A stretch of 26,063 nt of DNA, taken from assembly GCA_039208735.1 (NCBI GenBank), contig JBCCQY010000128.1:1-26063 (forward strand), written 5' to 3'. Below, one piece after another: positions 1-7,196 of this stretch; positions within the stretch are counted from its first letter, which is position 1, and the number at the start of each line of letters is the position of its first letter. The notes beneath the pieces were generated by a model. It did no database searches, was not told where the DNA came from, and saw nothing but the letters and a program-made list of their open reading frames with translations. Source of the DNA: Myxococcota bacterium. Lineage in GTDB: Bacteria > Myxococcota_A > UBA796 > GCA-2862545. The translations under genes and the position numbers were made by a program.

Positions 1-140
1 CGATGCAGCGGGTACGAAGACGGACTGGCGACGAGTTCCGGGGCAGCTTGGCGAGCGCCTCGCGTGCGGCCTGCCGCTCTTCGGCCGACAGCTTCATGTC
101 GCGAGCCTTGCGCTTGAGGGTCTCGCGCTTCGCGGCGTAC
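1..140 (-). other. rpsN: Inverted middle segment of rpsN (ribosomal protein S14), probable chimeric fold-back at the contig end
   Basis: The minus strand reads [46 protein letters not shown], the central part of long-form S14 (LPRNSSPVR motif), in the opposite orientation to the S14 3' end at 136-261. Confidence 0.88.
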
Positions 141-261
141 CCGCTGCATCGTCACGGGTCGTCCCCGGGCCGTCTACAAGAAGCTGATGCTCTCGCGAAT
201 CGCCTTCCGCGAACTCGCGCTCGAAGGCAAGCTTCCGGGAATCAAGAAGGCCTCCTGGTAG
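136..261 (+). CDS. rpsN: 30S ribosomal protein S14, C-terminal fragment (long, non-zinc form)
   Basis: Frame +1 reads [41 protein letters not shown], the S14 C-terminal signature. It is not in the ORF track. Confidence 0.93.
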   Translation, partial: RTRCIVTGRPRAVYKKLMLSRIAFRELALEGKLPGIKKASW

Positions 262-268
262 CCCTCAG

Positions 269-294
269 CGGCTTCGTCGAGACTCGCGAGGCCG
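269..294 (+). terminator. Possible stem-loop just downstream of the rpsN stop
   Basis: cggcttcg(t)cga-gac-tcg-cgaggccg forms a GC-rich hairpin with one G-U pair. There is no U-tract. Confidence 0.3.
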
Positions 295-351
295 AGTGAC
301 AGCAGCCTGGGAATGTGGTGTCCGAGCGATGACCCGCTTGGAGGAGAAACC

Positions 352-816
352 ATGTTCCGACCCTTCGCTTTTGCCTGTCTCGCGTTGACTGCGTGCGCAG
401 TCTCCGGAACGTTCGAGGGCCCGGGCTACGAGGACGGCACTTTGGTCACGGAGGCCGAAGGGCCGTTCGTGGCCGTCGCCACCTATGCCCGTCGCGCCGC
501 CGGAGAACGCGGCCGCTTCAATGGCTACGTCTCAGACATTAGCACCCAGCTCGACGGCACGGTCGGCTTGGTCGGCTACGCACTGCGCGGTGAATTGCCA
601 GGTCGCGAGGTGTGGACCATCACGGTGTGGGAAGACGAAGCTGCAATGATGGACTTCGTGACCTCGGGTGCCCACCTGACGGCCATGGGCTCGGCCAACG
701 AGGTCGTCGCAGAGTTCGATTCGGCAATGTTTGAAGTCGATGCCGACGATCTGCCTCTCGACTGGTCGACCATCCTCGAGCGGCTTGACGAAGCGCCCGA
801 GCCGCGGAGCTACTGA
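352..816 (+). CDS. Lipoprotein with an ABM/DUF3291-like (dimeric alpha-beta barrel) domain
   Basis: GGAGGA RBS before ATG352. Signal peptide with lipobox LTAC. The motif WTITVWEDEAAMMDFVTSGAHLTAM is typical of DUF3291/CrtA-like ABM folds. Confidence 0.7.
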   Translation: MFRPFAFACLALTACAVSGTFEGPGYEDGTLVTEAEGPFVAVATYARRAAGERGRFNGYVSDISTQLDGTVGLVGYALRGELPGREVWTITVWEDEAAMMDFVTSGAHLTAMGSANEVVAEFDSAMFEVDADDLPLDWSTILERLDEAPEPRSY

Positions 817-851
817 CCGAGCTTTCGTTTTCGTAGTGAATCTGGGCGCAC

Positions 852-1742
852 TCAGAGCCGCGGCTCCACGGCGTCGAGCGCTTGGAGGAGGGCGTTCACC
901 GCCGCCGTGCGGACCGCCCAAGCAAGCACGTACCGCGCCTCGATCTCGGGCTCGTGGCGGCGAACCACTACACCATCCCAGCGAAGCTCGACGGGGATGG
1001 GCGCGTGCCCGATGCCCGCCCCCGATGCGACCATGAGAAGGAGATCGGTTGTGGTTGCCACATCCATCGCGATGCGTGGCACGACCTCCGCTCGACTCGC
1101 CAAGGTGCGGTAGAGATCGTAGACCACGGGTTGGCGCTCCCGGGCCGGGATGAGCACCTCTTCGTCGGCGAGATCGGCCCAGCGAACCACCTTTCGGGAC
1201 GCCAGCGGATGTCCTTCCGGCAGCAGCACCACGAGCGGCACAGAGGCGAGCGGCCGGCTGTAAAGCCCAGCGGGGACCGAGGGCTGCCACGCGGCCACGG
1301 CGTCGACCTCACCTGAGGTGAGCGCTGTCGCGAGTCCCCGCTCGTCAACCGTGACCAAGGTGACCAGCGCAGCTGGCTCCCGGAGACGGAGTTCGGCGAC
1401 GAGCCGCCCGACCGGAGGCTGCGCCGCTCCGATCATCATGCCGAGGCGAATCGATGAAAGTCCGCCCTCCACACCAGCCCGAGCTGCTCGCGTCGCCCGG
1501 GCGAGCGCCGAGGTGGTCTCACGGGCTCCCCGCTCGAAGGCCACGCCCGCGGGCGTGAGCGCGACCTGCCGCGACGTGCGATCGAGAAGCTGCGTTCCGA
1601 GCGAGGCTTCCAGCGCGGCCACAGCACGACTGACCGCCGGCTGCGACATGCCGAGGCGGTCCGCGGTACGTCCGAAGTGCAGCTCGTCGGCCACCGTAAG
1701 AAACACCTCGAGCCAGTCCAGACGCACGTCGTCTCCATTCAT
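852..1742 (-). CDS. LysR-family transcriptional regulator
   Basis: N-terminal HTH FLTVADELHFGRTADRLGMSQPAVSRAVAALEASLGTQLLDRTSRQVALTPAG, followed by a substrate-binding domain. Divergent from the Rieske gene. Confidence 0.96.
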   Translation of the reverse strand: MNGDDVRLDWLEVFLTVADELHFGRTADRLGMSQPAVSRAVAALEASLGTQLLDRTSRQVALTPAGVAFERGARETTSALARATRAARAGVEGGLSSIRLGMMIGAAQPPVGRLVAELRLREPAALVTLVTVDERGLATALTSGEVDAVAAWQPSVPAGLYSRPLASVPLVVLLPEGHPLASRKVVRWADLADEEVLIPARERQPVVYDLYRTLASRAEVVPRIAMDVATTTDLLLMVASGAGIGHAPIPVELRWDGVVVRRHEPEIEARYVLAWAVRTAAVNALLQALDAVEPRL

Positions 1743-1755
1743 GCACAAATCGTAT
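1741..1755. promoter_or_regulatory. Putative LysR recognition site (T-N11-A; ATGC-N7-GTAT)
   Basis: ATGCACAAATCGTAT is one mismatch from the ATAC-N7-GTAT dyad of CatR/BenM/CbnR-type regulators. It overlaps the lysR start and lies about 57 bp before the divergent gene. Confidence 0.6.
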
Positions 1756-1811
1756 CGATCGATGCCGGATACATCCGCTTCCTAGCCATACCCAGGCGAC
1801 AGGAGGCAGAG

Positions 1812-2777
1812 ATGGTCGAATTTCAAAGCATGCCCAATCACTGGACACCCCTTGTACTCTCACGAGAGGTCGGCCGGCGCCCGGTGGCCCGAGTCCTCGA
1901 CGGGGTACCCGTCGTGTGTTTCCGCGATGCCAAAGGAGGGGCCGCGGTCCTCGTCGATCGGTGTCCACACCGTGGAGCGCCCCTATCGCGGGGTCGCTGC
2001 AGCGAAGAGGGTGAGCTGATCTGCCCGTTTCACGCCTGGCGGTTCGACGGGGCGGGACGCTGCGTGGGCACGCCGTTCGACGGCAGAGCGCGCTCCTCGA
2101 AGATGCACGCCGCTGCCCTGCCGAACTTCGAAGCGGGCGGACTCGTTTGGGCCTACACCGGCATAGCGGAGGAGGTGCCCGAGCGGCCCCCGCTGCCCGT
2201 CGCGCTGGTCGATGGGCGCTACCGAGGCCGAGCTCTCTACCGGGACTGGGATGCACACTGGAGCCGAGCCATCCAGACGATGCTCGACGTCTCGCACATC
2301 CCCTTCGTGCATCCCTTTACGATCGGGTTCGCGCTGGGTCGCGGCATCGGGCGCGGCGAGGGCTTCGAACTCAACGTCGACCTTCAGCCCCGCGATGGTG
2401 ATGCCTTCCACGTCGAGTGGGCGATTCGGTCGGAACAAGGTGCAGGTGACGCAGGCTGGCTCACCTTTCTGCCTCCGAACGGCGTGATCATCCCCATCCC
2501 CCAGTCGGGAGCCCGGGAGTGGCTCCTGTTCATCTTCTGCGTGCCGACCGAGGCTGGATGCTCGCGGCAGTTCGTGGTCCCGCGACGCAACTTCGGCGCC
2601 CGCAATCCCCTGCTGCCCCTCGCCGACCAGCTCAACGCGACCGTGCTCGCCGAGGATCGTCCCAACGTCGAGGGTGCGGAGCCCGTCGAAGTCCCGCCGC
2701 CAGGAGAGGAGATCTCGGTGCCCAGCGATGCTCCGACCATCGCGTTCCAGCAGTATTACCACCGCACGTTTCGCTGA
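1812..2777 (+). CDS. Rieske non-heme iron oxygenase alpha subunit (vanillate O-demethylase/KshA-like)
   Basis: AGGAGG RBS before ATG1812. Rieske motif CPHRG...CPFH, mononuclear iron motif DVSHIPFVH, and a distal ED. Confidence 0.92.
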   Translation: MVEFQSMPNHWTPLVLSREVGRRPVARVLDGVPVVCFRDAKGGAAVLVDRCPHRGAPLSRGRCSEEGELICPFHAWRFDGAGRCVGTPFDGRARSSKMHAAALPNFEAGGLVWAYTGIAEEVPERPPLPVALVDGRYRGRALYRDWDAHWSRAIQTMLDVSHIPFVHPFTIGFALGRGIGRGEGFELNVDLQPRDGDAFHVEWAIRSEQGAGDAGWLTFLPPNGVIIPIPQSGAREWLLFIFCVPTEAGCSRQFVVPRRNFGARNPLLPLADQLNATVLAEDRPNVEGAEPVEVPPPGEEISVPSDAPTIAFQQYYHRTFR

Positions 2778-2852
2778 TCCCGCTGACTCCTCCGCGAACC
2801 CATCGGGCCGGAGCCCTCTCATTTGGTCACCACCGAGGTCATCGGGCCATCT

Positions 2853-3827
2853 TCAGCTCCCGTCCGGTCCCTGCTTCCGCTTGGGGGGGCCGAGCTTCAG
2901 GGCGGCTCGAAAGGCTCGTCGTTCGCGCAGGCTTAGCGAGCTGTTGGGCAAGACCTCATCGGGGTCGCCGCCGGCCAGCAGGGACCGCAGCAGCTCCATC
3001 TCCTCGCGCGAAAACGTGTGCGCGTGCTGGCGGTAGTCGACGAAGGCTTCCCAGGTGTGCGGCACCCATGCGGCGATGAGATCGGCCATCACCTCGGCGT
3101 AGACCCGAATCTCGTACTGGGCATGCGGGTCGGCTCGCAGACCGACGAAGTGCAGCAGGTTGTGGAGATCGATCTTCCAGTACCACTGCGTGTAGGTGCC
3201 CAATGTCAGGTTGGCCCGTGCGAGTTCGCGGGCCACCTGGGGGGCCGACGCGTCGACCGCCTGGCCATCACCCTGGTCGTTGAGCAGGGTGGTGTAGGTT
3301 TCGAAGGTCTGCACGGCGTCGCGACGCAACACCTCGCGAACGTGCGCCGCCTGCTCCGCGGTCAGCGCCTCCCCCCGACCCTGCCGGTTGGTCGAGGACT
3401 GAGCCTTCACCTGATCGGGATCCGGAAGGTAGAACTCTCGGTCAAGAATCGAGTAACGCGCGCTGATCTCGTTCACATTGGCCGTCCGATGACGGATCCA
3501 CTGACGGGCGACGAAAATGGGCAGCTTGACGTGGAGCTTGATCTCGCACATCTCGAGCGGCGTGGTGTGGCGATGACGGACGAGGTAGCGAATCAATCCC
3601 CGATCATCGCGCGCGGTCTTCGTGCCTTTGCCGTAGGACACGCGCGCCGCCTGCACCACCGCTCCATCGTCCCCCATGTAGTCGACGACCCGCACAAACC
3701 CGTGGTCGAGCACCGGATGCAACGTGAAGAGCCGGTCTTCGAGGGCGGGGACCGTGGGACGCCGGGTGGGCGTCGGAGCGGCCGCTCGGGCTTCCGCGAC
3801 GGCTCGCTGCTGCTCCTCGGATGCCAT
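2853..3827 (-). CDS. thyX: FAD-dependent thymidylate synthase ThyX
   Basis: [29 protein letters not shown], the ThyX motif [18 protein letters not shown] and AQYEIR. It has its own AGGAGG RBS before ATG3827. Confidence 0.96.
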   Translation of the reverse strand: MASEEQQRAVAEARAAAPTPTRRPTVPALEDRLFTLHPVLDHGFVRVVDYMGDDGAVVQAARVSYGKGTKTARDDRGLIRYLVRHRHTTPLEMCEIKLHVKLPIFVARQWIRHRTANVNEISARYSILDREFYLPDPDQVKAQSSTNRQGRGEALTAEQAAHVREVLRRDAVQTFETYTTLLNDQGDGQAVDASAPQVARELARANLTLGTYTQWYWKIDLHNLLHFVGLRADPHAQYEIRVYAEVMADLIAAWVPHTWEAFVDYRQHAHTFSREEMELLRSLLAGGDPDEVLPNSSLSLRERRAFRAALKLGPPKRKQGPDGS

Positions 3828-4208
3828 GGCATCGCCTCCTCGTGGTCCCCGACCTGTAACGGGCCTGACGGCCTCGTCGCGGTCGCAAGCTTCGTACACG
3901 GTGTAGTGGACCGTGCGGTCGACGGTCTCACCGTACCGAAACACCCGAAAGTGCAACCACCGACCCGGCGCGATGTCGAGAGGCGCCTGGGTTCCTCGCC
4001 CCTGCGTGCCGTCGAAATTCACGCAATGGATGAGGATTCGACCGTCCTCGTCGGTGTCGATCCGGGCGTATGGCTCGGTCACATCAGGGTCTTCGTGGAA
4101 TTGGAACTCCACGGTGCATCCCACGCCGTCGAGCACGAGCGGATGACCGCGAAACGTCGTGATCTGTCCGGATGCAAGCACACGAACCGGCCCACTACGG
4201 GCTTCCAC
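3828..4208 (-). CDS. DUF6864-like small beta-rich domain, in frame with thyX and lacking a stop codon
   Basis: GGGAGG RBS before GTG4208. The pattern SGQITTF..P....VEFQF...CVNFD...GRGT..P...LHFRVF...TVHYTVY matches my recollection of DUF6864 proteins. Confidence 0.6.
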
Positions 4209-4303
4209 GAACGCCTCCCAACCTAGGGACAGGGTTTCCTTGACCCTGCTCCGAAGACCATCTAATGGACGGCGGCATCAAGGAATTTCGACCGGAGGTG
4301 GCC

Positions 4304-5059
4304 GTGTCCCTGCTTTCCGACTCCGTGGGCCGCACCTTTGCGGCCTCCGTCCATTCGTTGGCCATCGGCATCGTCACCGACAACAAAGATCCGAAGAACC
4401 TTGGGCGCGTCCGGGTGAAGTTCCCGGGCTTGGCCATCGCGAGTGGCGCGGGCCCCGATGGTAACGATGAGCAGCGAACATCTGGGTGGTACCGGATGAT
4501 CCGGCCCCTCGCGGGCAAGTCCGGTGACTTCTTCAACGTGCCTGACGAGGATGACGAAGTAGTGGTGGGCTTCCTTGACGGCGACCCCGACTTTGGCGTC
4601 ATTCTCGGGCAGCTTTCGAGCGGCATTGCCGAGCCCCGCGACGTCTACGAGCCTATCAAGGTCAAAGGCAAGGGAGAGGCCATGTTCTCGGAGGGCAACT
4701 CGGAGACGGGAGAGGAGTTCGTGAACGCCCGCAGGGTGTGGCGCTCCCGCCTCGGCCACGCCATCATCTTCGACGACACCGAAGATGCCCCGATGGTTCA
4801 GGTGTTCAACCACGACCACAGCATCGGCATCGTGTTCGACGAAAAGAAAAACCAGCTGCTCGTCTACAACAACACGTCCGACATCGTGGTCTCGGCCAAG
4901 GGCGACATCAAGATGACGTGCAAAAACCTCCTCATCGAGACGGAAGCCAACGCTACGATCACGGCCACCGGCGACTTCGAAGTGAGCGGAAAGCAGGGCA
5001 CGATCACGGCGTCGGCCCCCCTCAACGTCACGGGCAAGCCCATCAACCTCAATTCGTGA
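4304..5059 (+). CDS. Phage baseplate assembly protein V / Gp5-OB central spike (eCIS-type split VgrG C-half)
   Basis: GIVTDNKDPKNLGRVRVKFP, W.R...P.AG...FF.VP..DDEVVVGFLDGDP, SRLGHAIIFDD, then a beta-helix-like tail ending GKPINLN. GGAGG precedes GTG4304; ATG4265 is an alternative start. Confidence 0.88.
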   Translation: MSLLSDSVGRTFAASVHSLAIGIVTDNKDPKNLGRVRVKFPGLAIASGAGPDGNDEQRTSGWYRMIRPLAGKSGDFFNVPDEDDEVVVGFLDGDPDFGVILGQLSSGIAEPRDVYEPIKVKGKGEAMFSEGNSETGEEFVNARRVWRSRLGHAIIFDDTEDAPMVQVFNHDHSIGIVFDEKKNQLLVYNNTSDIVVSAKGDIKMTCKNLLIETEANATITATGDFEVSGKQGTITASAPLNVTGKPINLNS

Positions 5060-5549
5060 CATCACCCTCGAAGCGGGTCGCAAAGGCCGGGCCATCCGCA
5101 GAAGCCTTGGCAAACCGTTGCAACGCTTGAGCGACGTCCCCCGCTTGGGGGATGGCAAGTTCGATCCGAAACTGCCCGGCCGGCCCCGACGCACCTAAGG
5201 CCTCGCCTTCGATCACCAGCTTGCCCGGGCCCGTTGAGCGCACCGAATGAAGCGTTCGCCCCCCGTCAGACCGCAGATCGAGCAGGACCCCCCGGTTGGA
5301 CGTGAGCATCAGACGCTGCTCGTCGTAGCCCAGGTCGCCGGTCGTGCGATGGGTTCGACCCGCGGCGATCCCAGGCAATCCGTGCCGCCCGCGGGCCATC
5401 ACGCGCATCGTGAAGCTGCGCAGGAGGGTCGCCCCATCCGACAAGCCTGCGAGGGCGCGACGACGGGTGAGCGCTCCATAGGCACGCAATGCCCCGCCGG
5501 CCGCAATGAGCCCAGCCAACACCGCGAGTCCAACCCACAACTCCGTCAT
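5049..5549 (-). CDS. Hypothetical membrane-anchored protein (N-terminal TM; possible PH-like beta domain)
   Basis: Starts MTELWVGLAVLAGLIAAGG with a GGAGAG RBS, followed by a beta-rich region and a terminal helix. Confidence 0.65.
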   Translation of the reverse strand: MTELWVGLAVLAGLIAAGGALRAYGALTRRRALAGLSDGATLLRSFTMRVMARGRHGLPGIAAGRTHRTTGDLGYDEQRLMLTSNRGVLLDLRSDGGRTLHSVRSTGPGKLVIEGEALGASGPAGQFRIELAIPQAGDVAQALQRFAKASADGPAFATRFEGDVTN

Positions 5550-5610
5550 CGCTGGCTCTCCCCGCCGGTCCAGGCGACAAGTTACGTCCGGATGTCCTCG
5601 GGAGCCCGCC

Positions 5611-6291
5611 GTGACTCGCCCAACCGACAATGTTTTGACCTGGCTTCGGCAGCTCATGAAGGCCCGACGCGTGAATACGGCCGAGCTGGCCGAGCGGTGC
5701 GGCCTGTCCAGAAGCCGGCTGCGGAAGGTGATCTCTGGCGACGAGCCGATGCTCGTCGACGAACTGATGGCCATGTCACAAGCGCTCGAGATCTCGCCTT
5801 CGGATCTCGGGTGGCCCGGCGAATCCGACACGAACGCTGAGGATCCCCAAGACGAGGCTGACGCCGACACCGAAGAGGTCGAGGAGGATGACGGCGGGCG
5901 GCTAGTGGCCTTTCAGGCCACGCGGGTTCCTCTGATCGACGCAGATCCGTTTGGAAACCATGTCGAACAGCTCGTGCGCATGGGCTTCGAACTCGGATGC
6001 ACGTTTCTGTTTTGGGTGCGCGTCGACCAGCTCGGAGATTCCGGTGTGCCCGAGCACGTGCTCGACAGCCACCGTGAACGAGGTGACCTGCTCATCCGAC
6101 TCGAAGACAAGTTCCACCGCTACAACAACCCGGTGTTCGGCGAATCGGGAATCACGCTCACCCTGTCGTTCGACCAGCTCTACGACTGCACCTTTCCGTG
6201 GTCCGCGATTCACAAGGTCATCTTCGATGTGGGCGACGATGAAGATCCCGATGACCCACCCCAGCGACCCCACCTCCGGTTGGTCACGTGA
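5611..6291 (+). CDS. XRE-family HTH fused to an SspB-like (ClpXP adaptor) domain
   Basis: N-terminal LRQLMKARRVNTAELAERCGLSRSRLRKVISG (XRE HTH), an acidic linker, an SspB-like core GVPEHV...GITLTLSF...CTFPWSAI, and a C-terminal RPHLRLVT resembling the ClpX-binding tail. GGAG RBS before GTG5611. Confidence 0.8.
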   Translation: MTRPTDNVLTWLRQLMKARRVNTAELAERCGLSRSRLRKVISGDEPMLVDELMAMSQALEISPSDLGWPGESDTNAEDPQDEADADTEEVEEDDGGRLVAFQATRVPLIDADPFGNHVEQLVRMGFELGCTFLFWVRVDQLGDSGVPEHVLDSHRERGDLLIRLEDKFHRYNNPVFGESGITLTLSFDQLYDCTFPWSAIHKVIFDVGDDEDPDDPPQRPHLRLVT

Positions 6292-7196
6292 CGCCCTACG
6301 GGGTGCCGGTGCTCGACGTTTCCGCGTTTGCCGCGACGCGAAGCGACCCGACCTTTGTGACGGACCTCGAGCAAGCCCTGACCGCCTATGGCTTCGTGGG
6401 ATTGGTTGGCCATAACGTCACAGAAGCCCTGGTTCAATCCTGCGAAGACGCGGCTCGAGACCTCTTTGCGCTGCCCGATGAGGTGAAGGCGCAGTTCGAG
6501 ACTCCTAAGGACGGCCGTCAGCGTGGCTACACCGGCATGGGCGTCGAGCGCGCCAAAGACGCGTCCGTGGCTGACCTCAAGGAGTTCTGGCACGTCGGCC
6601 GCGATGGGGTGCCGACGTTGCCCGAGAATCGGTTTCCCGATGCCGTTCCCGCCCTTGCTCCGGCCGCGCGCGCACTGTTCGACAGGCTCGACGCGCTGTC
6701 CCTGCTCGTGCTGCAAGCCATCGCGTTGGGCCTCGATCTGCCATCCGCGTACTTCACCGACCGCGTGCAAGGTGGGAACAACGTCCTGCGACTCATCCAC
6801 TACCCACCGGTGGGCTCAAAGGCACCTCCCGGCGCCGTGCGAGCCGCCGCCCACGAAGACATCAACCTCATCACGCTGCTGCCCGTCGCCGCGGAACCAG
6901 GCCTTGAGCTGCGCACGCGAGACGGCACCTGGGTGCCCATCCGTCCGCCACCGGGGGCCATCGTGCTCGACACGGGCGACATGATGCAGCTTGTAACGAA
7001 CGGTCGACTTCCCGCGACTACCCACCGTGTGGTGAATCCGCCCTCGGCTACCGCGGACCGGCCTCGCTACTCCATGCCATTCTTTGTGCACCCCAAACCC
7101 CAGGTGCGACTCGATCGCATCGACGGGAGCGCCACCGGTCCCACCGCGGAGGCGTTCTTGACGAAACGCCTGCGGGAGACCGGAGTCGCTTCTTGA
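6288..7196 (+). CDS. 2OG-Fe(II) oxygenase, isopenicillin N synthase family
   Basis: DIOX_N features (GFVGLVGHNV, RGY, DLKEFW), the HxD motif HEDINL, distal His in TTHRVVNP, and the 2OG-binding RYS. The start overlaps the upstream stop (GTGA). Confidence 0.93.
   Translation: MTPYGVPVLDVSAFAATRSDPTFVTDLEQALTAYGFVGLVGHNVTEALVQSCEDAARDLFALPDEVKAQFETPKDGRQRGYTGMGVERAKDASVADLKEFWHVGRDGVPTLPENRFPDAVPALAPAARALFDRLDALSLLVLQAIALGLDLPSAYFTDRVQGGNNVLRLIHYPPVGSKAPPGAVRAAAHEDINLITLLPVAAEPGLELRTRDGTWVPIRPPPGAIVLDTGDMMQLVTNGRLPATTHRVVNPPSATADRPRYSMPFFVHPKPQVRLDRIDGSATGPTAEAFLTKRLRETGVAS

Noticed and set aside
3..299. 98-aa plus-strand ORF
   Set aside because: It is a wrong-frame reading across the inverted and forward rpsN fragments.
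3018..4226. 402-aa ORF antisense to thyX
   Set aside because: It is a shadow ORF typical of high-GC coding DNA and has no motifs.
4304..5059. Prophage or T6SS locus
   Set aside because: No integrase, capsid, sheath, tube or tss genes are present, and the flanks are chromosomal genes.
4262..5194. 310-aa ORF antisense to the spike gene
   Set aside because: It mirrors the real gene and has no recognisable features.
5584..5595. Imperfect palindrome ACGTCCGGATGT upstream of the HTH-SspB gene as its operator
   Set aside because: A 12-bp palindrome with one mismatch is too weak to call without conservation data.
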